IMG/VR virus record: IMGVR_UViG_3300045988_061855
DNA: 64,000 bases
Origin: a virus
Strand: one strand, 5' to 3'
How positions within the stretch are numbered: the stretch's first letter is position 1; each line of letters opens with the position of its first letter. Positions 6,593 to 15,837 of the stretch are shown in pieces. A program made the translations under genes and the position numbers. The notes beneath the pieces were generated by a model. It was not told the DNA's origin, searched no databases, and saw only the letters and a list, made by a program, of their open reading frames with translations.

Positions 6593-7237
6593 ATGAGCGA
6601 AGTAAAAATGGATATTAAACCAAACTCTCACAGATATAAAGCCGAACAGCAGGCCAAATTATCAGAAGAGAGAAAAGTAAGCAAAGTAACCAGTGGTAGG
6701 GTCAGAACTAAGAAGAAATCTGAGATTGCGAAGATGAAAGATTCTATCATATCCCCAGAAGCTAGTGGAATGCAGTCTTATATTTTTGGAAGTGTGCTTA
6801 TACCAGCTGTAAAGAAATTGATGTCAGATATTGTAAAAGATGGTATTGACATCCTTCTGTATGGTGACACACGGAGATCAAGTAGAGACCGTGACGACAG
6901 GGACAGGTATTCTAATGGAGCAACGTATGTCTCTTATAGAAGTTATTCTGATAGAGACCGTGACGACAGAGAGCGGAGACGGGAATCAAGATATGCGTAT
7001 GACTATAAAGAATTAATATTTGACAGTAGGTCAGATGCTAAAGAAGTTTTAGACACTCTACTTGATATTCTTGATACCTATGATTCAGTAAGTGTCGGGG
7101 ATTTATATGATGCAGTAGGCATGAGTCACAATTACACGGACAATGATTATGGATGGACTAATTTAAGTTCAGCAGAGGTTGTTTGTATCAGAGGCGATTA
7201 CATGCTCAGATTACCAAAGGCTAAGCCTTTAAGATAG
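6593..7237 (+). CDS. hypothetical protein with an Arg/Asp/Ser-rich low-complexity linker
   Basis: 214 aa with an AAGGAG RBS. The central segment is RRSSRDRDDRDRYSNGATYVSYRSYSDRDRDDRERRRESRY, followed by a globular C-terminal domain. Confidence 0.75.
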   Translation: MSEVKMDIKPNSHRYKAEQQAKLSEERKVSKVTSGRVRTKKKSEIAKMKDSIISPEASGMQSYIFGSVLIPAVKKLMSDIVKDGIDILLYGDTRRSSRDRDDRDRYSNGATYVSYRSYSDRDRDDRERRRESRYAYDYKELIFDSRSDAKEVLDTLLDILDTYDSVSVGDLYDAVGMSHNYTDNDYGWTNLSSAEVVCIRGDYMLRLPKAKPLR

Positions 7238-7245
7238 GAGGAACT

Positions 7246-7359
7246 ATGAAGAAATCATTAGGATATTATTTAGGAAATGCTTTTGCAGCTGTTATAGCAA
7301 TATGTGTAATGGTGCTTATTATGACTCTTACATATAAACTGGTTATGTGGATTTTATAG
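7246..7359 (+). CDS. small membrane peptide (37 aa)
   Basis: Hand-read: AGGAGG RBS, MKKSLGYYLGNAFAAVIAICVMVLIMTLTYKLVMWIL. Confidence 0.55.
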   Translation: MKKSLGYYLGNAFAAVIAICVMVLIMTLTYKLVMWIL

Positions 7360-7370
7360 GGGGTTATATT

Positions 7371-7760
7371 ATGGCATACGTTAAAGAAAATGACACGATT
7401 CAGAATAGTAGTAATCCAATAAATAGAAATGGAATTTTAAGCAAAGCAGAGTCAATTATTAATGGTGAGCGTCAGGGAACATATGGTGATGCTGAAGATA
7501 GTTTTCAGACAATTGCAGATATGTGGAGTGCGTATCTGAACACAGAGATATCATCTGAAGATGTTGCTAATATGATGATTCTTATGAAAGTTGCTAGGAA
7601 TTCTAGTGGGGTTTACAAGGATGATAATTGGATTGATATTTGCGGTTATGCGGCATTGGGCGGAGAAATTCAGGCTGCTAAAAATGCAATTCATGTGCAG
7701 TTTGAAGAAAATAAAAAAATAACTGCATCTATTATTGATGGTTTGAAAGGAGATAAATAA
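7371..7760 (+). CDS. DUF6378-like protein (nucleotide-metabolism-associated phage domain; tentative)
   Basis: Contains RQGTYGDAEDSFQTIADMWSAYL...DVANMMILMKVARN...DICGYAALG. The pattern was recalled from memory. Confidence 0.5.
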   Translation: MAYVKENDTIQNSSNPINRNGILSKAESIINGERQGTYGDAEDSFQTIADMWSAYLNTEISSEDVANMMILMKVARNSSGVYKDDNWIDICGYAALGGEIQAAKNAIHVQFEENKKITASIIDGLKGDK

Positions 7761-8725
7761 TGTTTAATTTTAATAATATGGCTAACAAGGCTTCAAGAAT
7801 GTTAAATAAGGTAGGATTTCAGGTAAAGAAATATAGTCCTGAGATTCTTATATGTGCTGGTGTGATTGGTGTAGGTGCAAGTGGTGTAATGGCTTGCAGA
7901 GCGACAACAAAGCTAAGTGATATCATTGATAAGGCTAATGACGACATCATCAAGACTGATGAGGTTATAGCTAATCCTGATATGTTACCAGAGGGGTCAG
8001 AAGAGTATACAGAAGAAGATGCCACTAAGGATAAAGTAATAATCAGAGCGCATATGGTAATGGATATTGTAAAGCTGTATGCACCATCAGTTATATTAGG
8101 TGGATTATCACTCACAGCAATTCTTACATCTAACAATATTCTCAGGAAGAGAAATATTGCACTTGCAGCTGCTTATGCTTCAACTAACAAGACGCTTAAG
8201 GAATACAGACAGAGAGTTGTTGAGCGTTTTGGAGAAGATGTTGACAAACAGCTTAGATTTAATACAAAGCAGGAAGAAATTGAAGAAACTGTCATAGATG
8301 AGAAGACTGGCAAAGAGAAGAAAGTTAAGAAGACTATAGAAGTGTTTGACCCTAACACTCTTGGCGATTTTGCGGTTATATTTGATGAGTCTAATGTTAA
8401 CTGGAGTAAGACACCTGGCGCTAATAAAATGTTTCTTATTAATCAGCAGAGATATCTAAACGATAAGCTTAAGGCTAAAGGACGTTTATTTGTAAACGAC
8501 GTTAATGAAGCACTCGGATTCCCGTTGACAGCAGCTGGTCAGGTTGCTGGTTGGGTTTACGATGAGGAGCATCCTATAGGAGACAATTGTATTGATTTTG
8601 GATTGTTCGATTTAGACAATCCTAGAGCGGTAGATTTTGTCAATGGATATGAGCGAAGCATTATAATTGATTATAATTGTGATGGGAACATCTTGAAGTA
8701 TCTTGATGAGCCCAGGATTAGATAG
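7760..8725 (+). CDS. two-TM membrane protein, paralog 3 of 3 (longer C-terminal domain)
   Basis: 321 aa. Contains KYSPEILICAGVIGVGASGVMACRATTKL, a second TM, then RKRNIALAAAYASTNKTLKEYRQRV and GWVYDE. Confidence 0.8.
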   Translation: MFNFNNMANKASRMLNKVGFQVKKYSPEILICAGVIGVGASGVMACRATTKLSDIIDKANDDIIKTDEVIANPDMLPEGSEEYTEEDATKDKVIIRAHMVMDIVKLYAPSVILGGLSLTAILTSNNILRKRNIALAAAYASTNKTLKEYRQRVVERFGEDVDKQLRFNTKQEEIEETVIDEKTGKEKKVKKTIEVFDPNTLGDFAVIFDESNVNWSKTPGANKMFLINQQRYLNDKLKAKGRLFVNDVNEALGFPLTAAGQVAGWVYDEEHPIGDNCIDFGLFDLDNPRAVDFVNGYERSIIIDYNCDGNILKYLDEPRIR

Positions 8726-8729
8726 CATT

Positions 8730-8798
8730 GGCTCGGGTAATGTATACCGAGATATGTTTGATTACCCTTGGTTATTCGGTTACTAATCGAGCCAAGGG
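8730..8798 (+). other. structured intergenic element (nested inverted repeats)
   Basis: The outer stem is TTGGCTCG (8730-8737) with CGAGCCAA (8791-8798). It encloses a GGGTAAT/ATTACCC hairpin and is followed by a GTATTTTT run. Confidence 0.35.
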
Positions 8799-8819
8799 TA
8801 TTTTTACGAAGGGAGTATT

Positions 8820-9411
8820 ATGCAAATTAAGAACCAACTAGCTGCTATCGGAATGGCGTTTGTAATTGGTGTATCTTCATTAATTCCTATTCATATGAAG
8901 AAGCCAGTTACGAACGAAATATTCAAAGCAAGTGTTTCAAGTGAAATTATTGTTCCAATGCAGTATAAAGTCGACGATACTGCTGAAGAAGATTTATATT
9001 TTGATGAATTAATTGAAGATGAAACCATTGAAATAGCAGAAATAGAAGAGTCTGTGATTGAGCAGACCTTCGTAATGTCAGATGACGAGATTGAATTGTT
9101 AACATTAGTTACTATGGCAGAAGCGGAAGGCGAAAGTGAATACGGTCAAAGATTGGTTATTGATACTATTCTGAATCGTATTGATTGCGAGCGTTTTGAT
9201 AATTCATTAAGTGAGGTTATATATGCGCCTGGTCAGTTTTCTTCGGTGCGGACGAATAAACAGATGCTACGTTAAGGAAGATATTTACCAGCTAGTGATT
9301 GATGAGTTACTCAATCGAACAAATGACGAAGTTTTATATTTCACAGCAGGGCATTACAGTGAATATGGCACGCCTCTGTTTTGTGAAGGAAATCATTATT
9401 TTTCAAAATAA
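8820..9411 (+). pseudogene. SleB/Hydrolase_2-like cell-wall hydrolase with N-terminal TM, interrupted by a +1 frameshift near 9245
   Basis: Frame A (8820..9275) ends ...VIDTILNRIDCERF..IYAPGQFSSVRTNKQMLR*. Frame B (to 9411) continues GRINRCYVKEDIYQLV...YFTAGHYSEYGTPLFCEGNHYF, the expected C-terminal half of the domain. Confidence 0.55.
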
Positions 9412-9423
9412 GGAGAATTTACT

Positions 9424-9957
9424 ATGAATAAGATTGATATGATATTTTCATTTATTCTTGGTGCCGCGGCAGGTTCTGTAGTCACCTGGGAAGTTGTAAA
9501 GTATAAATTTGATTTGGGTCCATACGAAGATATTATTGAAGAAGGCAGTTCTGAAAACTGTGAACTGACTAGCGTAGAAGGCATCGAAGGTGTAAAAAAA
9601 AACGCTAAAAATATAATAGAAACACAGGAGTATGTGGCTTATAACAAGAGCGAAGAAAAGGAGGAAGATGAAAGTATGAATAACACTGGACCATATGTGA
9701 TCACACCAGATGAATACGATTGCTCTGAATACGAGCCAACAACTCTTAATTATTATGCAGATGGTGTTCTTACAGATATCTACGATAATAAGATTGATGA
9801 CATTGATGAGATGGTTGGTCTTGAATCTTTAGAACATTTCGGTGAGTATGAAGACGATACCGTATATGTCAGAGATGATAGTAAAAAAGTTGACTATGAA
9901 ATTCTTCGAAATTCAGAAGAATATTATGATTTGTATCCAGATGAGAGGAATGTTTAA
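9424..9957 (+). CDS. membrane-anchored acidic protein
   Basis: 177 aa with an AAGGAG RBS. The N-terminal TM is IFSFILGAAAGSVVTW and the rest is acidic. Confidence 0.75.
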   Translation: MNKIDMIFSFILGAAAGSVVTWEVVKYKFDLGPYEDIIEEGSSENCELTSVEGIEGVKKNAKNIIETQEYVAYNKSEEKEEDESMNNTGPYVITPDEYDCSEYEPTTLNYYADGVLTDIYDNKIDDIDEMVGLESLEHFGEYEDDTVYVRDDSKKVDYEILRNSEEYYDLYPDERNV

Positions 9958-10502
9958 TGAATATAGATGAAATAAACGATGAATACTTTGCATGGCTGAG
10001 CGATAAAGTTTGCAAGGGTAGATTTTCCAAGGATGTTTCATATTCTGAATTATTACATGCGTTGCATAAAACAGAATTTAGGTGGAGGATGAGTAATGAC
10101 ACTAATCGTGCATCTGATGGTCTTATGCTTCGTCGTAGATTCGCATCATTCATGGGATTTGAAGAGGATTATTTCTTACCATATATAACAGGACCTTGTA
10201 CTGTATTGGAGATGATGATTGCACTTGCAATCAGATGTGAAGTAAGTATTATGGACAACCCAAAAGTTGGGGATAGAACTGCGCAGTGGTTTTGGGAAAT
10301 GATAAACAACATGGAACTTGGTGGTATGTATAATAATAACTTCGACAAGCGATATGTAAATGATGTCATTGATAGATTCATTGATAGGGAATACTCGCCA
10401 AACGGTAAAGGTGGATTGTTTTATATCAGGGATTGCAAATGTGATTTAGCAATGGTTGAGATATGGGACCAGATGTGTTGGTATCTTAACGGTATATCTT
10501 AG
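9957..10502 (+). CDS. conserved hypothetical phage protein
   Basis: 181 aa with ATGA start/stop overlap to the preceding gene. Confidence 0.75.
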   Translation: MNIDEINDEYFAWLSDKVCKGRFSKDVSYSELLHALHKTEFRWRMSNDTNRASDGLMLRRRFASFMGFEEDYFLPYITGPCTVLEMMIALAIRCEVSIMDNPKVGDRTAQWFWEMINNMELGGMYNNNFDKRYVNDVIDRFIDREYSPNGKGGLFYIRDCKCDLAMVEIWDQMCWYLNGIS

Positions 10503-10522
10503 AAAGGAGGACTTGAAATGTA

Positions 10523-13500
10523 ATGCTTGATTTTTTAAAAATATCTGCTCGCAGCAAAAAGCAGGGCGTTACAGAGATATATCCTCGATTCATTATTAAT
10601 AACAGAAGCACAGACCTCATGATACGAGGTGGAGATTTTTATGCAGTCTGGATTGAAGAGTCTGGTTTGTGGTCTACAGATGAACAGGATGTAATTCAAA
10701 TGATAGACCATGAACTGGATAAATTTGCTGATGAGTATAAGCAACATTCCATGGGCGAAAGTGTTTATATTCTTCATATGTGGGACAGCGAAACTGGCGT
10801 GATAGATTCTTGGCATAAATATTGCCAAAAGCAGATGAGAGATAATTTTCATCCGTTAGATGAAACACTCATATTTGCAAACACTAAGACAACTAAGAAG
10901 GATTACGCAAGTAAGCGATTGGAATATCCTTTGGAAAAAGGCGACACATCAGCATGGGATAAGCTCATTTCAACTTTATATTCTCCAGAAGAAAGACATA
11001 AGATTGAATGGGCTATAGGAGCAGTAATCACTGGTGACTCTAAATGGATTCAGAAATTTATGGTATTCTATGGTGCTGCTGGAACAGGTAAATCAACAAT
11101 TCTTAACGTTATACAGGAATTATTTAAAGGATATTATTCGGTCTTTGATGCTAAAGCATTAGGCTCATCTAGCAATGTATTTGCTTTGGAGGCATTCAAG
11201 ACAAATCCTTTGGTGGCTATCCAACATGATGGTGATTTATCTCATATTGAGGATAACACTAGGTTAAATAGTCTTGTATCTCATGAGCTTATGACTGTGA
11301 ATGAAAAGTTCAAGTCAACATATTCTAATAGATTTAATGCTTTCTTATTTATGGGTACAAATAAACCTGTAAAGATTACGGATGGCAAATCTGGTCTTAT
11401 TCGAAGACTTATCGATGTAACTCCATCAGGGAATAAATTGAATAGTAGAGAATATAAACAGGTTGTTAAGCAGGTTGGTTTTGAGTTGGGCGCTATAGCC
11501 TATCATTGTAAAAATGTTTATGACGAAGAACCAGATGCTTACGACAGCTATATCCCAATTGATATGATGGGAGCGTCAAATGACTTTTATAACTTTGTTA
11601 TGGATTCATATTTTGTATTTTCTAGGGATGATGAGACAACTTTGAAAGCTTCTTGGGAAATGTACAAGGTATATTGCGATGACGCAAAAGTACCTTACCC
11701 ATATTCACAAAGAATATTTAAAGAAGAGTTGAAGAATTATTTCAAGGAATACGAAGAAGAACCAGACAGTAAAGGTCGTATGAAAAATATCTATAGAAAG
11801 TTTAAGAAAGAGATATTTGAATCTGAAAAAAAGTCGGAGGGTAAAAATGAGAATGTCAATTCAGAATCATGGCTCGTCATTGAAGAATCTACAGGCAACA
11901 CAACTTTCAGCAAAGAATGCTGTAGGTGTCCAGCTCAATATGCCACAGACAATGAGACTCCAACTATGCCATGGGATAAAGTCACAACAAAACTCAGTGA
12001 TATTGACGAATCGAGACTTCATTATGTCAAGGTTCCTGAAAATCACATAGTTATTGATTTTGATATCAAGGATGAGAAAGGAGAAAAATCATTTGAAAAG
12101 AATTTGGCAGAGGCTAGTAAATGGCCTCCTACATACGCTGAAATCAGCAAAGGAGGCGCTGGGATACATCTTCATTATATTTATACTGGAGATGTTACTA
12201 AGCTTAGCCGAATATTTGCAGATGAAATAGAAATTAAGGTATTTACTGGAAAATCTTCATTGCGAAGGAAACTGACTAAATGTAATAACTTACCAATTGC
12301 AACCATCAGTTCTGGTTTACCTTTAAAGGAGGAAAAGAAAATGGTAAGTGGAGAGGTGATTAAATCTGAGCGAAGCTTACGAGAGCTAATAAAGCGTAAC
12401 TTGCTCAAAGAGATTCATCCAGGCACAAAGCCTAGTATGGATTTTATAGTAAAGATTCTGGATGACGCATATTCTAGCGGACTTAAATATGATGTGTCTG
12501 ATATGAAAAATGCAATAATTGGATTTGCGGCGCAGAGTTCAAATCATTCGGATTATTGCTTAAAACTGGTTGACCAGATTAAATGGAAATCAGAAGATAT
12601 GGACAGTTCAAATGATGCAGATTCAGATGAACTTATATTTTATGATATTGAAGTATTCCCTAATTTGTTTCTTGTTAATTGGAAAATACAGGGAGAAGGA
12701 CGATCAGTTATACGAATGATTAATCCTAGTCCATCAGATATTGAAGAATTAACCAGATTCAAACTGGTCGGATTCAATTGTAGAAGGTATGATAATCATT
12801 TGATATATGCACGAATGATGGGGTATACAAATGAGCAATTATACGATTTATCGCAGAGAATTATATCTGGTGATAGAAATGCGTTCTTTGGTGCAGCATA
12901 TAATTTAAGTTATACCGATGTATATGATTTTGCATCAGCTGGAAATAAAAAAAGTTTAAAGAAGCTTGAAATTGAGATGGGAATACACCATCAGGAATTA
13001 GGTTTGCCATGGGATAAACCGGTCCCTAAGGAAATGTGGGTAAAGGTCGCTGAGTATTGTGATAATGATGTTATCGCTACTGAGGCGGCCTTTAATTATT
13101 TATCGGCAGACTGGACGGCAAGACAGATTCTAGCCGATTTAGCAGATATGACTGTTAATGATACGACAAACACATTAACAACCAAAATCATATTTGGTAA
13201 TAATAAAAAACCTCAGAATGAATTTCATTATCGAGATTTATCAAAGCCAGTTCCACCAGAAGATATTGATGAGGAGACATATCAATTCTTAGCTAGGTCT
13301 TGTCCTAAGATGATGGAAAAAACTCATGGCGATGCTGGAAGTTTATTACCATATTTCCCAGGTTATAAGTTTGAAAATGGTAAGTCTACTTACCGTGGAG
13401 AAGATGTTGGTGAAGGTGGATTCGCTCAGGGTGTTCCTGGTATGTATGGTAATGTCGCATTGTTAGATATTGCCTCTATGCACCCACATAGTGTTATTGC

Positions 13501-14665
13501 TGAATGCTTGTTTGGTGTTAGATATACAAAGGCATTTCAGGATATTGTTGAGGGTCGAGTATCCATCAAGCATAAGGCATGGGATGAAGTAAACCACATG
13601 CTAGATGGAAAGCTTACACCTTATATTCAGAAGGTTATTGATGGTGAGATGTCTGCTAAGCAGTTAGCAAATGCATTGAAGACCGCCATTAATTCAGTTT
13701 ATGGTCTGACATCGGCAAACTTTGATAATCCATTTAGAGATATCCGTAATAAGGATAATATTGTTGCCAAGCGAGGAGCTCTGTTCATGATAGACCTTAA
13801 GAATGAGGTTCTGAAACGAGGATTCCAAGTTGCGCATATTAAGACGGATTCAATTAAGATTCCAGATGCTACGCCAGAGATTATTAAGTTTGTTATGGAC
13901 TTTGGTGAACGATATGGATATACATTCGAGCATGAGGCTACATATGACAGAATGACTCTTGTTAACGATGCAGTTTATATTGCTAAATATAAGGACGCAG
14001 ACGACTGTAAAAAGATGTATGGTTATATCCCGGGTGATAACGAAGAACACAGTAATCAGTGGACTGCTACTGGAACACAGTTTGCGGTTCCATATTTGTT
14101 CAAGACACTATTTTCACATGAGAAAATTGAATTTGTGGATATGTGTGAGACATTCTCGGTATCTAAGGGTGACTTATATTTGGATATGAATGAAGGATTG
14201 ACAGATGTAAGTGGCTTAGAAAAAGAATTGGACAAGCTTGAATCTTTATATAAGAAGGGAAAGATATCAGATACAACTTTTGAGCCACAGGCCGCAGAAC
14301 TTGTAGAGAAAATAAAAGCTGGTCATGACTTGCATTTTGTTGGACGAGTTGGACAGTTTACTCCTATAAAAAGGGGGTGCGGTGGCGGAGTATTATATCG
14401 TGTTAACGATGGTAAGAATTATGCAGCATCTGGCTCGACAGGTTTTAGATGGCTTGAATCAGAATCGGTGAAAGCGGCTAACATGTATGATGATATTGAC
14501 CGTTCATTCTATCAGCGATTAATAGATGATGCGGTCGATACAATATCAAAGTATGGAGATTTTGAATGGTTCGTTTCGGACGACCCTTATATTTGTAAAG
14601 TGACTCCAGGGTTTATGAATATACCGGAAGATGCTGACGAAGACGAAGGGATGCCATTTGATTGA
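10523..14665 (+). CDS. replicative fusion protein: D5/P4-type SF3 helicase, AEP primase and family B DNA polymerase with 3'-5' exonuclease
   Basis: The SF3 helicase part has Walker A FYGAAGTGKST at aa 182-191. The AEP primase part has VIDFD at aa 509-513 and GGAGIHLHY at aa 544-552. The exonuclease motifs are Exo I FYDIEVF (706-712), Exo II GFNCRRYDNHL (750-760) and Exo III YCDNDV (845-850). The PolB motifs are A LDIASMHPHS (981-990), B KTAINSVYG (1053-1061) and C IKTDSI (1106-1111). Confidence 0.85.
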   Translation: MLDFLKISARSKKQGVTEIYPRFIINNRSTDLMIRGGDFYAVWIEESGLWSTDEQDVIQMIDHELDKFADEYKQHSMGESVYILHMWDSETGVIDSWHKYCQKQMRDNFHPLDETLIFANTKTTKKDYASKRLEYPLEKGDTSAWDKLISTLYSPEERHKIEWAIGAVITGDSKWIQKFMVFYGAAGTGKSTILNVIQELFKGYYSVFDAKALGSSSNVFALEAFKTNPLVAIQHDGDLSHIEDNTRLNSLVSHELMTVNEKFKSTYSNRFNAFLFMGTNKPVKITDGKSGLIRRLIDVTPSGNKLNSREYKQVVKQVGFELGAIAYHCKNVYDEEPDAYDSYIPIDMMGASNDFYNFVMDSYFVFSRDDETTLKASWEMYKVYCDDAKVPYPYSQRIFKEELKNYFKEYEEEPDSKGRMKNIYRKFKKEIFESEKKSEGKNENVNSESWLVIEESTGNTTFSKECCRCPAQYATDNETPTMPWDKVTTKLSDIDESRLHYVKVPENHIVIDFDIKDEKGEKSFEKNLAEASKWPPTYAEISKGGAGIHLHYIYTGDVTKLSRIFADEIEIKVFTGKSSLRRKLTKCNNLPIATISSGLPLKEEKKMVSGEVIKSERSLRELIKRNLLKEIHPGTKPSMDFIVKILDDAYSSGLKYDVSDMKNAIIGFAAQSSNHSDYCLKLVDQIKWKSEDMDSSNDADSDELIFYDIEVFPNLFLVNWKIQGEGRSVIRMINPSPSDIEELTRFKLVGFNCRRYDNHLIYARMMGYTNEQLYDLSQRIISGDRNAFFGAAYNLSYTDVYDFASAGNKKSLKKLEIEMGIHHQELGLPWDKPVPKEMWVKVAEYCDNDVIATEAAFNYLSADWTARQILADLADMTVNDTTNTLTTKIIFGNNKKPQNEFHYRDLSKPVPPEDIDEETYQFLARSCPKMMEKTHGDAGSLLPYFPGYKFENGKSTYRGEDVGEGGFAQGVPGMYGNVALLDIASMHPHSVIAECLFGVRYTKAFQDIVEGRVSIKHKAWDEVNHMLDGKLTPYIQKVIDGEMSAKQLANALKTAINSVYGLTSANFDNPFRDIRNKDNIVAKRGALFMIDLKNEVLKRGFQVAHIKTDSIKIPDATPEIIKFVMDFGERYGYTFEHEATYDRMTLVNDAVYIAKYKDADDCKKMYGYIPGDNEEHSNQWTATGTQFAVPYLFKTLFSHEKIEFVDMCETFSVSKGDLYLDMNEGLTDVSGLEKELDKLESLYKKGKISDTTFEPQAAELVEKIKAGHDLHFVGRVGQFTPIKRGCGGGVLYRVNDGKNYAASGSTGFRWLESESVKAANMYDDIDRSFYQRLIDDAVDTISKYGDFEWFVSDDPYICKVTPGFMNIPEDADEDEGMPFD

Positions 14666-14670
14666 TGTTC

Positions 14671-14706
14671 GCTTGAAAAACACGGCATGTTATGGATAAA
14701 CATATC
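14671..14706 (+). promoter_or_regulatory. conserved early-region element, copy H
   Basis: gcttgaaaaacacggcatgttatggataaacatatc. Confidence 0.45.
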
Positions 14707-14728
14707 AAATCTAAGGAGGATTTATATT

Positions 14729-14923
14729 ATGAATACGTTAACATTGGATAGTAAACAGATTGGAAAAGTTGTATTTAAAGCAACTATTAGCTACTACATA
14801 GGTAAAAACATTGCGTTATCTGCTAACAGTATAATCAATAAGTTAGTAATAAAACCAAGTTTTACTACGTTGGCTAATAACGGTAATAAAACAGCTCAGA
14901 AAATCCTAATGATATTAAAATAG
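14729..14923 (+). CDS. hypothetical protein (64 aa)
   Basis: ATG at 14729 follows TAAGGAGG, within the conserved AGGAGGATTTATATTATG initiation region. Confidence 0.65.
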   Translation: MNTLTLDSKQIGKVVFKATISYYIGKNIALSANSIINKLVIKPSFTTLANNGNKTAQKILMILK

Positions 14924-14945
14924 GATTTCATATGTAATTTAAAAA

Positions 14946-14980
14946 GGCTCAGTGCAAAATGCATTGGGTCTTTTATTTTT
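14946..14980 (+). terminator. rho-independent terminator
   Basis: GGCTCAGTGCA-aaa-TGCATTGGGTC plus a T-run. Confidence 0.65.
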
Positions 14981-15010
14981 TATTAATTATATTTTAAGGA
15001 GATTTAGATT

Positions 15011-15514
15011 ATGGAATTAAAGATTTTAAAAAACGGAAACTTACAGATTGACGACGCAAGAATCATATTTAGAAACTTTAGAGGCGAGGCATCTAAGTAC
15101 AATAATGCTGGAGACAGAAACTTTAGTTTAGTTATACCTGATCAGGAACTTGCAGATATGCTGACCAACGATACGAATTCATACGGAGTAGGTTGGAATA
15201 TTAAGGTCAAAGATTCACTTGATCCGGATGATGCACCTCGTATGCATATGAAAGTTAAGGTCAAGTTCTCACGTAAAGGACCTAATATTTATTTGGTTAC
15301 CGGTGGACACCGTAAGCTTCTTACAGAAGATAATGTCGGATATCTTGATGATATAAATATAGCTTCTGTGAGAATGGACATAAGACCATATGATGATGTA
15401 GTTAATGGTAAGCCGTTCAGAGCCGCATATCTTGCATCCATGGAAGTAACTCAGGATTTAGATAGATTCGCTGCTGAGTATGAAAGAGAAGACGAAGCTG
15501 AAGAGGATGAATAA
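15011..15514 (+). CDS. putative single-stranded DNA-binding protein
   Basis: 167 aa. It has an acidic C-terminal tail EYEREDEAEEDE typical of phage SSBs and sits between the polymerase and helicase genes. The fold has not been verified. Confidence 0.5.
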   Translation: MELKILKNGNLQIDDARIIFRNFRGEASKYNNAGDRNFSLVIPDQELADMLTNDTNSYGVGWNIKVKDSLDPDDAPRMHMKVKVKFSRKGPNIYLVTGGHRKLLTEDNVGYLDDINIASVRMDIRPYDDVVNGKPFRAAYLASMEVTQDLDRFAAEYEREDEAEEDE

Positions 15515-15522
15515 TATTTTAC

Positions 15523-15554
15523 AGAGCCTTAGTTTATGCTGAGGCTCTTTTTTT
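15523..15554 (+). terminator. rho-independent terminator
   Basis: AGAGCCTTAG-tttatg-CTGAGGCTCT plus a T-run. Confidence 0.65.
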
Positions 15555-15570
15555 AAAGGAGATTTTGAGT

Positions 15571-15837
15571 ATGATTACAAATTATTTTTTAAATGGTGGA
15601 ACATGGAGTTTATATGTAGATAAGGTTGATTCTTACGCGACTGTAAATGTTGGATTTTCTCATAATGATGATGAAGACGAGACACAGTTTGATATTTCTT
15701 ATCCGAATATCGGCGAGTTAAATACACTGTTTAACAACTTCGTTGCTGAGAATAACTTTGAAAACGTGAAAATATTATATGTGAATGTTATAAAAACAGC
15801 ACATACAATATATGGATTGGAGGAAGCAGATGAGTAA
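15571..15837 (+). CDS. hypothetical protein
   Basis: ATG at 15571 follows AAAGGAG. The track start at 15565 is a TTG. Confidence 0.7.
   Translation: MITNYFLNGGTWSLYVDKVDSYATVNVGFSHNDDEDETQFDISYPNIGELNTLFNNFVAENNFENVKILYVNVIKTAHTIYGLEEADE

Noticed and set aside
9211-9411. Independent 66-aa gene
   Set aside because: It starts with GTG inside the upstream ORF, has no RBS, and encodes the missing C-terminal half of the SleB-like domain. It is better explained as the downstream part of a frameshifted gene.
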